Positions 49,671 to 60,031 of a stretch of DNA of 64,000 bases are shown here, piece after piece. Source of the DNA: Syntrophorhabdaceae bacterium (lineage in GTDB: Bacteria > Desulfobacterota > Syntrophorhabdia > Syntrophorhabdales > Syntrophorhabdaceae); NCBI GenBank assembly GCA_963666485.2, contig CAXXUO010000003.1, positions 288,001-352,000 on the forward strand, given 5' to 3'. Position 1 is the first letter of the stretch. Every line of letters starts with the position of its first letter. Position numbers and translations under genes: made by a program. Below the pieces are notes generated by a model. The model had not been told where the DNA came from. It searched no databases and worked only from the letters and a program-made list of their open reading frames with translations.

Positions 49671-50084
49671 ATGGACAGGTGTGAAGAGGTTAAACGGAAG
49701 TTCAACGAATGCAATGTGAGCGGCCTTCTGGGGATAACCATCGATCACGTGGAGGAAGGTTTTGCCCGCGGCAGTATGGAGATTGCGAAGAAGCATACAA
49801 ATGTCTTCGGAGGGATTCACGGGGGCATCCTTTTCGCGTTCGCCGACCAGGTCGGCGGGGCGTGCGGGAACAGCATGGATTACAAGGCTCTCCTGATCGA
49901 ATCGGTTGCCCGTTTCAAAAAGTCGGCGAGGGAAGGGGAGGTCATTTACGCCGAGGCCCGTCTGACACACTCGCGAAGGCAGAGGGACATCATAGAGATC
50001 ACCGTCACGAATGCGAGCCAGGAAGTACTGGCCGTGCTGAAAATGACGTCTTTCATAGTCGGGAATGCGCCAAAGACTTCTTAA
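49671..50084 (+). CDS. PaaI-family thioesterase
   Basis: N..G.IHGG..F.FAD hotdog-fold motif. Confidence 0.88.
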   Translation: MDRCEEVKRKFNECNVSGLLGITIDHVEEGFARGSMEIAKKHTNVFGGIHGGILFAFADQVGGACGNSMDYKALLIESVARFKKSAREGEVIYAEARLTHSRRQRDIIEITVTNASQEVLAVLKMTSFIVGNAPKTS

Positions 50085-50699
50085 CATTTTTGACAGATTG
50101 CTCGGGAGATTCGGGGAAAGGCACTGGTGGCCAGGGGAAACGCCCCTCGAGATCATCGTCGGCGCTGTCCTTACGCAGAACACGTCCTGGAAAAACGTAG
50201 AGAAGGCTATAAACAACCTGAAAGCCGCAGATCTCCTCGACCTTGAGCGCTTATACAGCGTGAGGGATGAAGTTCTTGCCGAAAACATCAGGTCTTCAGG
50301 GTATTATAATTTAAAAACGAAGAGATTAAAGAATATTATTAATGTAATATATGAAGAATTCAATGCATCTATCGACCATTTAAAGGAAGTAGAACTATCT
50401 CAACTGCGCATACGGCTATTGGCCATCAAAGGCATCGGGGAGGAAACCGCGGACAGCATACTGCTCTATGCGCTCGAAAAGCGGTCTTTGTTATAGATGC
50501 GTATACGAAACGCTTCCTTGCCAACCATCGCCTCTATAAAGGGAAATGCACGTACGGGGACGCGCAGCATTTCTTCATGTCCAAACTGCCATCGGACGTC
50601 TATCTTTTCAATGAGTATCATGCGTTGATCGTGGCGCTTGGGCAGACGCACTGTTTTAAGGTCCCGAAATGCGGGGAATGCCCGCTAAAAGGGATATAG
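50065..50699 (+). pseudogene. Endonuclease III-related HhH-GPD protein interrupted by a -1 frameshift near 50480
   Basis: WWP, GAVLTQNT.W, GIGEETADSILLYA in frame 0; VFVIDAYTKR...EYHALIV...C..PKC.ECPL* in the -1 frame ending 50699. Confidence 0.8.
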
Positions 50700-50720
50700 G
50701 GTACCATACGGCCCTCGCGC

Positions 50721-50968
50721 CGTCACCCCGGCCCAGGAGCCGGGGCCCAAGTTTTTCTTGTTAACGTCAGAAAATTAATGAATAAAAGAGATAAAAAAGG
50801 CAAAACCTTGGGTCCCGGGTCAAGCCCGGGATGACGGATAGATGGAGTAGGGATGGCGGATTGATAGAGTAGGGATGACGGATAGATAGAGTAGGGATGG
50901 CGGATAGGTGGAGGATTTTAGTTGCAGGTGTGATATTGCTCGTAAATTCCGGCAAGCGGAAATGACGG
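50721..50968. repeat. CGTC-tagged REP pair followed by a 22-bp tandem repeat x4
   Basis: CGTCACCCCGGC..GCCGGGGCCCAAG (50721), inverted copy ending GGATGACGG (50837), units GGGATGRCGGATWGRTRGAGKA at 50828-50915, degenerate REP at 50945-50968. Confidence 0.85.
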
Positions 50969-50992
50969 GATATTAAGCCTGGATTGGACTGA

Positions 50993-52033
50993 TCAAGCTG
51001 AGGTGACGGTGACCTTCGTATCTCCGGACACCTTCTCAATCATCCCCATGCGCTGTGCCGTTTCACCGGAAGCGTTGAGTGACTGTACAATCACGTCTGC
51101 GTCAGCTTCTTTTACAACGAGAATGAACCCCGTGCCCATGTTGAAGGTCATGCATGCCTCGTGAAGGTCGAGGTTGCCCGCTTCCATGAGGATGCGGAAT
51201 ATGGCGGGGACCCGGGACACGTCGAGCCCGATTTTAAGGCCCAGCCCGTCGGGGATGATCCGTGAGATGTTGCCGGGGAGGCCGCCTCCCGTTATGTGGG
51301 CCATGCCCTTGACCGTGAATCTTTGGACCACCTCAAGGACCGGTCTCACGTAGATGCGCGTCGGTTTCAGGAGCTCTTCGTACAGTTTTCCGGCAAGTCC
51401 CGGGACATCCTGGTCCACCGCGTATTTTTTGACGTCAAAAAGGAGCTTCCTGACGAGGGAATAGCCGTTGCTGTGAAGGCCGTTCGAGGCAAGACCGATC
51501 ACTGCATCGCCTTCCGATATCCCGGAGCCGTCAATGATGGAATCTTTTTCGATGACGCCGACAGCGAATCCGGCCAGGTCGTACTCGTCATCCTTGTAGA
51601 ATGACGGCATCTCGGCCGTCTCCCCGCCGACGAGCGCGCAGTCTGCCTGCATGCACCCGTCGCACACGCCGCCAATGACGGCAGGGTAGACCTTTTCGTC
51701 GATCCGCCCGCATGCATAATAATCAAGGAAGAAAAGGGGTTTTGCGCCGAGAGTGAGAATGTCATTGACGCTCATGCCGACGAGGTCGATGCCGACCGTG
51801 TCATGCTTGCCGGCCATGAAGGCGATCTTGAGCTTTGTGCCGACACCGTCTGTCGAGCTGACGAGAACAGGGTTCTTATACGAGCGCGGCACTTCGGTAA
51901 GCGCGGCAAAACCGCCGATCATGTTGAGGACGTTGACGTTGTGGGTCGCCTTTATGCGGTCTTTCAGCGTATCGATGAGCCGGTCTGCTTTGGCGATATC
52001 AACGCCGGAGTCTTTATACGTTATAGTTTTCAC
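50993..52033 (-). CDS. purM: Phosphoribosylformylglycinamidine cyclo-ligase
   Basis: TDGVGTK, GGETAEMP, HSNGYSL, HITGGG, TFNMG. Confidence 0.96.
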   Translation of the reverse strand: MKTITYKDSGVDIAKADRLIDTLKDRIKATHNVNVLNMIGGFAALTEVPRSYKNPVLVSSTDGVGTKLKIAFMAGKHDTVGIDLVGMSVNDILTLGAKPLFFLDYYACGRIDEKVYPAVIGGVCDGCMQADCALVGGETAEMPSFYKDDEYDLAGFAVGVIEKDSIIDGSGISEGDAVIGLASNGLHSNGYSLVRKLLFDVKKYAVDQDVPGLAGKLYEELLKPTRIYVRPVLEVVQRFTVKGMAHITGGGLPGNISRIIPDGLGLKIGLDVSRVPAIFRILMEAGNLDLHEACMTFNMGTGFILVVKEADADVIVQSLNASGETAQRMGMIEKVSGDTKVTVTSA

Positions 52034-52125
52034 GGTTTTAGTGTAAAATTAATCCTGTCCGATCTTGGGATCGAAAGATCTTTTGACTACGTCCAAAAGC
52101 CGCCCGGGAGCGGCGGTCATGACTT

Positions 52126-52410
52126 TTAGACCATCCGGGAGATAAAATCCTCGACCGGGATCGCCGGAAGCGTTACGATCTGGATCGTGCCCCGGGAACC
52201 GAGCTCGATCGAGAGTTTCGCGATCGCCTCGTTATTCGGAGCCTCAAGAATGTTCAGGAAATCATATTCGCCGAGAACGGCGTACTGGGCCAGAACTTTT
52301 GAGCCCATGCTTTCGATCTCTCTGTTGACCTCTTCAATGCGTTCGGGATGTTTTTTGAGTGTTTTGCGCCCCTCATCCGTGAGTGTGCTGAGCATGATAT
52401 AGATTGGCAT
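52126..52410 (-). CDS. GYD domain protein (copy 2)
   Basis: Close paralog of 23511-23795; start taken at MPIYIML. Confidence 0.85.
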   Translation of the reverse strand: MPIYIMLSTLTDEGRKTLKKHPERIEEVNREIESMGSKVLAQYAVLGEYDFLNILEAPNNEAIAKLSIELGSRGTIQIVTLPAIPVEDFISRMV

Positions 52411-52688
52411 ATAAACTAACCCCCAGAATTGTGTGATATATATAGATTGTAATATACCCTGCGCTTTGTCAATATTAAAGATGGCAGGTGCCCGCCGGAG
52501 AAGGGCTTGTACGTGCCTGTTTTCACAATATCCGGCGATAACATGATATTGATTGAGAATGTGAAATGTGCTATGATGTACGACTTCGGGTGCCAACGAC
52601 TTTGTATGAACTATATTGTTCACATTTTCACATATAGAATCGCAGAAACAGAGAAAACAAAGATCTTATTCTTTTAAAAGGGGGATCT

Positions 52689-52982
52689 ATGGCTAAACCT
52701 ATGGATCAATACAAATGGCATGAATTGACGGTAGGGTGCGTTATTGAAGATGTCGGCAACGCGATGGAGTACAAAACGGGCGATTGGCGGTCATCGAAGC
52801 CGGTGTGGAACCGGGAAAAATGCACCAAGTGCGGGCTTTGCTGGCTTTTCTGTCCCGATGCAGCCATTCATCAGACCGACGACGGCTACTACGAAGCGGA
52901 CCTGGATTATTGCAAGGGATGCGGTATCTGCTCGAAAGAGTGCAAGCCGGCTGCAATTACTATGGTCGAGGAGGAAAGATGA
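52689..52982 (+). CDS. porD: Pyruvate/2-oxoacid:ferredoxin oxidoreductase delta subunit
   Basis: KTGDWR..KP, two CxxCxxC clusters, YCKGCGIC. Confidence 0.9.
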   Translation: MAKPMDQYKWHELTVGCVIEDVGNAMEYKTGDWRSSKPVWNREKCTKCGLCWLFCPDAAIHQTDDGYYEADLDYCKGCGICSKECKPAAITMVEEER

Positions 52983-54160
52983 GCGCGAACAAAGGCATGG
53001 AAGTATCCATAGCGGCGTCGGTCGCAGCCAAGCTGGCACGGGTCGAAGCGGTTGCCGCCTATCCCATCACCCCTCAGACGCACATTGTCGAGCATTTGGC
53101 CGATCTCGTGGCCAACGGGGAACTCGATGCAGCCTATATCAACGTTGAATCCGAGCATTCCGCCATGTCGGCGTGCGTAGGTGCCTGCGCAACCGGGGCC
53201 CGTACATTTACATCGACAAGCGCCCAGGGGATGGAACTCATGCACGAGATCCTTTTCATCGCCTCCGGCATGAGACTTCCCATTGTCATGGCATCCGTCA
53301 ATCGTGCCCTGTCGTCACCGCTGTCCATTTGGGGCGATCATTCCGACGTCATGGCAGCCAGGGACACAGGCTGGATCATGCTTTTCACCGAAAATGGCCA
53401 GGAAGTCGTCGACGCCATCATTATGGCATTCAAGATAGCCGAGGACAGAAGGGTGCTTCTCCCGTTGATGGTCAATCTCGACGGCTTTTCCTTAAGCCAT
53501 GTCATCGAGCCTATCCAGTTCCCGGCACAGGAGGACGTGGACCGTTTCCTTCCGCCGTATGCCCCCCTGTACACCCTGCATCCTGACAAGCCGGTAACGA
53601 TGGGCGCCTATGCGATGCCTGAACTGTATACGGAAGCCAAGTACAGCCAGGAAATGGCGATCAGGAACTCGAAGACGGTCGTCAAGGAAGTCATGGAACA
53701 GTTCTCCAAGGAATTCGGACGGAAATACAATATCGTGGAAACATACAATATAGAGAAGGCGGACACGGTCTTCATGGCGCTTGGCGCGATCAACGAAAAC
53801 ATCAAGACCGCCATCGACCTTCTCAAGGACAACGGGAAAGAGCTGGGGCTCATAGCTCCCCGGCTTTTCAGACCTTTCCCCGGCGATGAGCTCGTCGAGA
53901 TCCTGAAAACGAAGAAAAAACTTGCGGTCTTCGAACGTGTTATGCCGGGCGGTGCCATGAACGGCCCGCTCTTCAACGAGATAGCGAGCCTTGCCGTCCA
54001 GAACGGGCTCAACATTCAGCTTGAAAACTTCATATTCGGGCTCGGCGGACGGGATGTCGAACCCGAGGAATTGATGGATGTATTCGATCAGGTCAGCGCG
54101 TCTCCCAAAATAGTCCATGCCGACAATAAGAGCTACGGCGTCATAGGGGTGAGATCATGA
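52979..54160 (+). CDS. porA: Pyruvate/2-oxoacid:ferredoxin oxidoreductase alpha subunit
   Basis: AYPITPQT, ESEHSAMS, DGF.LSH; ATG 52979 overlaps the porD stop. Confidence 0.92.
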   Translation: MSANKGMEVSIAASVAAKLARVEAVAAYPITPQTHIVEHLADLVANGELDAAYINVESEHSAMSACVGACATGARTFTSTSAQGMELMHEILFIASGMRLPIVMASVNRALSSPLSIWGDHSDVMAARDTGWIMLFTENGQEVVDAIIMAFKIAEDRRVLLPLMVNLDGFSLSHVIEPIQFPAQEDVDRFLPPYAPLYTLHPDKPVTMGAYAMPELYTEAKYSQEMAIRNSKTVVKEVMEQFSKEFGRKYNIVETYNIEKADTVFMALGAINENIKTAIDLLKDNGKELGLIAPRLFRPFPGDELVEILKTKKKLAVFERVMPGGAMNGPLFNEIASLAVQNGLNIQLENFIFGLGGRDVEPEELMDVFDQVSASPKIVHADNKSYGVIGVRS

Positions 54161-55083
54161 GAATGAAAAGTCTTGAAAGATATACCGACACTCCCGATTT
54201 CGAATACGCAACCTCGGGCCACAGGGCCTGCCAGGGCTGTGCCGAGATACTGGCGCTCAGGCTCGGGCTGAAAGTATTCGGGAAAGATTCCATCATCGCC
54301 ATGGCAACGGGATGCATGGAGATCATCTCCACGCCTCTGCCGACGACCTCGTGGCGGCTTCCCTGGATACATGTTGCCTTCGAGAACGCGGCCGCGGTCG
54401 CATCAGGCATCGAGTCCGGCATCAAGATCCAGATGGAAAAGGGCAAGATAGCAAAGAAAGACATAAATATCATAGCCATTGCCGGCGACGGCGGGACGAG
54501 CGATATAGGTTTGCAGGCGCTTTCCGGCGCAATGGAAAGAGGGCACGACTTCACCTATATCTGCGTCGATAACGAAGCATACATGAACACAGGTATCCAG
54601 CGCTCCTCGTCAACACCCTTCGGTGCAATGACAACGACAAGCCCTCCGGGCAAGAACAGCATCGGGCAGAAGACCCAGAAGAAGAACATGCCCAAGATAG
54701 CGGTTGCCCATAATATTCCGTACGTAGCAACGGCATGTCCGTCATATCCGTTCGACTTCCTGGCGAAGATCAAGAAAGCCAAGGAAACGAAGGGCCCGGC
54801 ATACATTCACGTCCTGTCGGTCTGCCCGACGGGCTGGCGCATCCCCTCGGACCAGGCGATCCACTACGGCAGGCTCGCAGTCAGGACAGGCGTCTTCCCT
54901 CTGTACGAAGTGGAGAACGGGCATTACAGGATAACCTACAGCCCGGAACCCCTGCGGCCGGTGACCGACTACATAAAAGGCCAGGGAAGGTTCCGCCACC
55001 TGACAGATGACCTGCTCGCGCAGATACAGGAGCAGGTGAATCGCGACTGGCAGGAATTGAAAAGCTACAGTGAACTGAAATAA
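54157..55083 (+). CDS. porB: Pyruvate/2-oxoacid:ferredoxin oxidoreductase beta subunit
   Basis: GHRACQGC, GDGGT.DIG.QALSG, DNEAYMNTG.QRS, CPTGW. Confidence 0.92.
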   Translation: MRMKSLERYTDTPDFEYATSGHRACQGCAEILALRLGLKVFGKDSIIAMATGCMEIISTPLPTTSWRLPWIHVAFENAAAVASGIESGIKIQMEKGKIAKKDINIIAIAGDGGTSDIGLQALSGAMERGHDFTYICVDNEAYMNTGIQRSSSTPFGAMTTTSPPGKNSIGQKTQKKNMPKIAVAHNIPYVATACPSYPFDFLAKIKKAKETKGPAYIHVLSVCPTGWRIPSDQAIHYGRLAVRTGVFPLYEVENGHYRITYSPEPLRPVTDYIKGQGRFRHLTDDLLAQIQEQVNRDWQELKSYSELK

Positions 55084-55107
55084 CTGTATCATTATCGAAC
55101 CTTGCGG

Positions 55108-55140
55108 CGCGCCTGGAACAAAACCGGGCGCGTTTTTTTT
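55108..55140 (+). terminator. Intrinsic terminator of the por operon
   Basis: CGCGCCTGG...CCGGGCGCG followed by T8. Confidence 0.85.
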
Positions 55141-55279
55141 ATGCCGGGGGTGTTAGGATAATTCTGAGAAAAAACTAAAAATAATACTTGAATTATGATT
55201 TGGAAGGTATACAATATTATATCCGAATTTAATCAACGGCCATTATCCGTGCCTGGATAGGGGCCAGTATGCCGTAAGG

Positions 55280-56050
55280 ATGTACCCCATGCAATCAGAA
55301 TTCCAGAGAATCGGCAGTATCCTTCGCGAAAGAAGAGAGGAGAAAGGCCTTAGTATTATTGATATTTCTGATATGCTCTGCATAAGGAAATCCCTCGTGC
55401 AGGCACTCGAGGAAGGTAATACGGCTTTACTTCCCCATGAAGTATATATTAGAGGTTACCTTAAGAAATATGCGCATGTGCTTGATATCAGTGAGGAAAC
55501 ATTAGGTCTTGAAGCTCGCTCCGAAGAACAGGCGGTTCAGGCTGAGCCTGTCAGCGCAAAACCCGCCATACACGGACCCCGTCATATTGCAAAGCGGGCC
55601 ATGGTCATCCCGCTCGTATTCGTGCTTATCATCGCGTTCTTTGTCCTGAACCAGATATACAAGGAAAGGTCCGCTACCCGGTCGGGGCAGGACCAGTCCG
55701 CGCAGTCGAACGCCGTTTCCACGAAACAGGCATCGGTCAACGTCAGGCAGCCTTCCGCGGCCAATACCGCAGCACAGCCGGGCACAGGCGATTCGAGTCA
55801 AGTCCTGTCCGGGCAGGACGTGAAGAAGCTCATGATAACCTGTAATGACAGGACGTGGGTAAGCGTGGTCATTGACGACAACGAGAAGAAAGAGTTCATG
55901 CTCAATCCCGAGGAGATGATCGTCCTCAACGCAAAGGACAAATTCGACCTCCTGATCGGCAATGCGGGCGGCGTAAAACTTAACCTCAATGGCAAGGAAG
56001 TAGAGTTCACCGGCAAAAGCGGCGAAGTCAAGCGGGTAAAAGTCTCCTGA
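55280..56050 (+). CDS. rodZ: RodZ-like HTH/DUF4115 membrane protein
   Basis: HTH with YIRGYLKKYA, single TM, C-terminal WV...IGNAGGV. Confidence 0.8.
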   Translation: MYPMQSEFQRIGSILRERREEKGLSIIDISDMLCIRKSLVQALEEGNTALLPHEVYIRGYLKKYAHVLDISEETLGLEARSEEQAVQAEPVSAKPAIHGPRHIAKRAMVIPLVFVLIIAFFVLNQIYKERSATRSGQDQSAQSNAVSTKQASVNVRQPSAANTAAQPGTGDSSQVLSGQDVKKLMITCNDRTWVSVVIDDNEKKEFMLNPEEMIVLNAKDKFDLLIGNAGGVKLNLNGKEVEFTGKSGEVKRVKVS

Positions 56051-56104
56051 TCAAATTCATCACAATTATTAAAAGGTAAGAGGGAAGATCCGGGTCCCGG
56101 CGGG

Positions 56105-56857
56105 TTAGCCTGCCAGGCGCTCCATTTCTTTCGCATCGATGTCGAAGTTCGCGTACACCTTCTGGACATCGTCCGAGTCTTCAAGGGCTTCCATCAATTT
56201 CAGCATGGTTTCGGCGTTCTTCCCTTCAAGCTTCACATAATTCTGGGGGACCATGCTTATCTCTGTGACGAGAGGGGGGATCTTGTTGTCTTCAAAGACC
56301 TTCTTCAGCGCTTCGAAGTCAGCCAGTTCAGCATAAACCTCGATCTCGTTCTCGTCTTCGCTGATGTCTTCCGCACCGGCTTCGAGGGCGAGTTCCATGA
56401 TCCTGTCGCTATCGACAGCTTTTTTGTCAAAAGACATGAACCCTTTTTTGCTGAAGAGCCAGCCCACACATCCCGCTTCACCGAGGTTGCCGTTCAGCCG
56501 CGAAAGAATGTGCCTCACCTCGGCGGTTGTACGTTTCTTGTTGTCGGTCAGCACTTCGATGAGGATTGCAACACCCCCGGGGCCGTATCCTTCATAGCTG
56601 TATTCTTCGTAGGCTTCCGCGCCGTCGAGGGTACCGGTACCCTTCTTGACTGCGCGCTCGATATTGTCTTTGGGCATGTTCTCCGCTTTGGCGCTGTCAA
56701 TTGCCATCCGGAGCCGTGAATTGGAATTGGGGTCTGCACCGCCTATCCGGGCAGCGGTGGTGATCTCGCGTATCAGCTTGGTAAAGATCTTGCCGCGCTT
56801 GGCATCCGCCGCACCTTTCTTGTGCTTAATGGAACTCCACTTGCTATGTCCTGACAT
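56105..56857 (-). CDS. yebC: YebC/PmpR-family protein
   Basis: [22 protein letters not shown]. Confidence 0.95.
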   Translation of the reverse strand: MSGHSKWSSIKHKKGAADAKRGKIFTKLIREITTAARIGGADPNSNSRLRMAIDSAKAENMPKDNIERAVKKGTGTLDGAEAYEEYSYEGYGPGGVAILIEVLTDNKKRTTAEVRHILSRLNGNLGEAGCVGWLFSKKGFMSFDKKAVDSDRIMELALEAGAEDISEDENEIEVYAELADFEALKKVFEDNKIPPLVTEISMVPQNYVKLEGKNAETMLKLMEALEDSDDVQKVYANFDIDAKEMERLAG

Positions 56858-56877
56858 TGTGCCCCCGAAGAGTAAAA

Positions 56878-56954
56878 TGGTGGGCGATATTGGATTCGAA
56901 CCAACGACCTCTGGTATGTGAGACCAGCGCTCTAACCATCTGAGCTAATCGCCC
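56878..56954 (-). tRNA. tRNA-Val (CAC)
   Basis: Minus strand GGGCGAT...CTGGT-CT-CAC-AT-ACCAG...ATCGCCC-A-CCA. Confidence 0.95.
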
Positions 56955-57051
56955 GTGCGTTTCTTTTTATTACATTCCCGTTAAAAAGTCAACCCAAGAG
57001 CATGAGGATTTCTGTTCTCATTTCATGACAGAAAGTATATTATTTTGCACC

Positions 57052-57972
57052 ATGCAGCATGTATTTGGACCTGTCCCGTCACGGCGCCTCGGATATTCGC
57101 TCGGGGTTGACATCATCCCCCCGAAATACTGCACGTTCGACTGCATCTATTGCCAGATAGGGAAGACGACGCATATCGAGGCGGTCCGGAAAAGCTTCTA
57201 TGATCCCCACATCGTTATCGCGCAGGTGATGGACAAGATATCCGGGGCAGGGGCGATCGACGTCATTACATTTTCCGGATCGGGTGAACCGACGCTTAAT
57301 TCCGACCTGGGCCTTATGATCCGGGAGATCAAAAAGCTCACGGACATCCCGGTCGCGGTGATCACGAATGGTTCACTTCTCTGTCTGAAAGACGTCCGGG
57401 ACGATCTCATGGAGGCGGACATGGTCCTGCCGTCACTCGATGCCGTGAATCAGGATGTTTACGAGCGCATCAACAGGCCCCACCCTTCGGTTAAGATCGA
57501 CGCGGTGATCGAGGGGCTCAAAGCCTTCAGGCGTGAATTTAAGGGGCAGATCTGGCTTGAGATAATGTTGATAAAACACATTAACGATGATTCTCAAGAA
57601 CTGAAAAGAATGGCGCAAATTGTGTCAGAGACAAACATGGACCGGATACAGCTCAATACCGTCACACGGCCTCCCAGCGACCCGCTGGCGTCACGCCTGA
57701 GCGATGATGAACTCAAGGAAATTTGCGGGATGTTCGGCCCGGCATGTGAGGTGATCGCGGCATTCGAGAAGAGCGCCGATACCCGGACAGGATCTTCGGC
57801 CGATACCCTGGTGCTGGAGACGATCAAGAGACGCCCGCTCACCCTCGATGACATCGTGAAGATCACGGGTATGTCCCCCTTCGATGCAAAGACGCGGCTC
57901 AGTGCGCTCGAGAAGGAAGGCCTCGTCTCAACCACGGTCGTCAACGATGAGCTTTTTTATGTCAGCACGTGA
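57052..57972 (+). CDS. Radical SAM protein (COG0731-like) with C-terminal winged-helix-like segment
   Basis: FGPVPSRRLG.SLG, CTFDCIYC, GSGEPTL. Confidence 0.88.
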   Translation: MQHVFGPVPSRRLGYSLGVDIIPPKYCTFDCIYCQIGKTTHIEAVRKSFYDPHIVIAQVMDKISGAGAIDVITFSGSGEPTLNSDLGLMIREIKKLTDIPVAVITNGSLLCLKDVRDDLMEADMVLPSLDAVNQDVYERINRPHPSVKIDAVIEGLKAFRREFKGQIWLEIMLIKHINDDSQELKRMAQIVSETNMDRIQLNTVTRPPSDPLASRLSDDELKEICGMFGPACEVIAAFEKSADTRTGSSADTLVLETIKRRPLTLDDIVKITGMSPFDAKTRLSALEKEGLVSTTVVNDELFYVST

Positions 57973-58119
57973 CCTGAAAACGGGCGAAATGGCCGAGAAT
58001 CATATTGACAAAGAGACGACCCAGAATTTACTATTACACGACAGAGGCGGTATTAGGGCATCTCTTCGCAGTCTTTAGCCGGATACTCCCGGATCCCATA
58101 TAAATTGAGGAGGGGCATC

Positions 58120-58704
58120 ATGAAGATAAGGCGTGCCATTGTCAGCGTATCAACCAAGGAGGGGCTGTCTGACCTGGCGCTGTTCCTGAGGGACAGGGGC
58201 ATCGAGATCCTGTCGACGGGCGGCACGAAGAAATACCTGGAAGGCATCGGTGTGAGCCCCATCGAGGTAGGCGCCTATACCGGTTTCCCGGAGATCATGG
58301 ACGGCCGGGTGAAAACCCTGCACCCCAAGGTCCACGGCGGCATCCTCAACATCCGGGACAACGCGGAACACCAGAAGGCCATGCAAGACCACGGGATCAG
58401 TCATATCGACATGATCGTCGTCAACCTGTACCCGTTCATTGAGGTTGTGAGCAAGGGATGCACGTTCGAGGATGCCATCGAAAATATCGACATCGGCGGC
58501 CCGTCCATGATCCGTGCCGCTGCGAAGAACTTCAAGTATGTCACGGTGGTCGTTGACCCCGAAGATTACGCCGGGGTAATAAAGAACATGACGGAGAATG
58601 ACGGCGCGACGACGGAAGAGATGAGGTTCTACCTGGCAAAGAAGGTGTTTGCCCTGACGAGCGCCTACGATAAGGCGATCACAGATTACCTCGCAAAAAT
58701 ATAA
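58120..58704 (+). CDS. purH: IMP cyclohydrolase (stand-alone N-terminal MGS-like domain of PurH)
   Basis: [34 protein letters not shown]; ends at TAA TAA after 194 aa. Confidence 0.88.
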   Translation: MKIRRAIVSVSTKEGLSDLALFLRDRGIEILSTGGTKKYLEGIGVSPIEVGAYTGFPEIMDGRVKTLHPKVHGGILNIRDNAEHQKAMQDHGISHIDMIVVNLYPFIEVVSKGCTFEDAIENIDIGGPSMIRAAAKNFKYVTVVVDPEDYAGVIKNMTENDGATTEEMRFYLAKKVFALTSAYDKAITDYLAKI

Positions 58705-58722
58705 TAAAATGGGGGCCTTACC

Positions 58723-60000
58723 GTGAATGTTCTCGTGATCGGTTCCGGTGGAAGGGAACACGCACTTTGCTGGAAATTAGCACAATCAAAGGATATCGGT
58801 AAACTGTACTGCACCCCGGGGAATGGCGGTATCTCGGATGTTGCAGAATGTCACGATATAACGGCCACCGACATTTCGGGCCTGATGGATTTCGCCCGGA
58901 ACATGAAGGTGGACCTCGTTGTCGTCGGGCCGGAAAACCCGCTTGCGGCAGGCATTGTGGACGCCTTCCAAAAAAAGTCTATACCGATCTTCGGGCCCGT
59001 GGCACGCGGTGCGGCGATAGAGGCAAGCAAGATATTCTCGAAAGAACTCATGAAGGAAAGCTCTGTCCCGACGGCCCCTTTCCAGGTGTTCGAGGACTAC
59101 CGGAAGGCGTGCGACTACATCGAGCCAAAGGAAGCCCCGTTTGTCATTAAGGCCGACGGCCTGTGCGCGGGCAAGGGTGCCTACGTCATCAAGGATAAGG
59201 CAGAGGCCGGCTCGGTCCTCAAGGAACTCATGGTCAACAAAATATATGGGGATGCAGGACGGAAGGTCGTGATCGAGGACTTTCTGCCCGGCATCGAGGC
59301 GTCCTATCTCGCTTTTGCGGACGGCAACACCATCCTGCCGATGCCCGCCTCACAGGACCATAAGCCGCTATTGGACGATGACCAGGGACCGAACACGGGC
59401 GGAATGGGAGCGTACACGCCGATCCCCTTTATCAACGATGAACTCGACAGGGAGATACGGGAGACCATCATGCTGCGGACAATAGAGGCGATGCGGGAGA
59501 GGGGCATCCTGTATAAAGGGGTCCTCTATGGCGGCCTCATGTTCTCCGGCGGAAAGCCGTATGTTATCGAATTCAATGCGCGTTTCGGCGACCCGGAGAC
59601 GCAACCCATTATCTTTAAGATGAAGAGCGACCTCCTGCCCGTCCTTATGGCCTGCGTGGATGGAAAGCTCAAAGATATCAATGATATAGAATGGAAAACC
59701 GGGGTCAGTGTCTGTGTTGTCATGGCATCGGGGGGCTACCCGGAAAACCCGCAGAAAGGCAAGATCATACACGGCCTCGAAAAACTGTCGGGCAGGGATG
59801 ATGTCATGGTGTTCCATGCAGGCACGAAAAAGGTGAATAATCAGTATGTTACGTCAGGAGGACGCGTCCTCGGCGTTACGGCAATGGGCCCGACATACGA
59901 GAATGCAATAAAAAAAGCGTATGATGCGGTTGCAATGATCGAATTCGAAGGGATGTTCTACAGGAAAGATATCGGCAAAAAAGCCTTAATGATGCGGTAA
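58723..60000 (+). CDS. purD: Phosphoribosylamine--glycine ligase
   Basis: GSGGREHA, KADGL.AGKG, GPNTGGMG, EFNARFGDPE, GGRVL. Confidence 0.96.
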   Translation: MNVLVIGSGGREHALCWKLAQSKDIGKLYCTPGNGGISDVAECHDITATDISGLMDFARNMKVDLVVVGPENPLAAGIVDAFQKKSIPIFGPVARGAAIEASKIFSKELMKESSVPTAPFQVFEDYRKACDYIEPKEAPFVIKADGLCAGKGAYVIKDKAEAGSVLKELMVNKIYGDAGRKVVIEDFLPGIEASYLAFADGNTILPMPASQDHKPLLDDDQGPNTGGMGAYTPIPFINDELDREIRETIMLRTIEAMRERGILYKGVLYGGLMFSGGKPYVIEFNARFGDPETQPIIFKMKSDLLPVLMACVDGKLKDINDIEWKTGVSVCVVMASGGYPENPQKGKIIHGLEKLSGRDDVMVFHAGTKKVNNQYVTSGGRVLGVTAMGPTYENAIKKAYDAVAMIEFEGMFYRKDIGKKALMMR

Positions 60001-60031
60001 GACGCATAAATATATTTTCAGGAGGGAACGA

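Noticed and set aside
50828..50915. Possible CRISPR array
   Set aside because: Units are contiguous with no unique spacers, and there are no cas genes in the window
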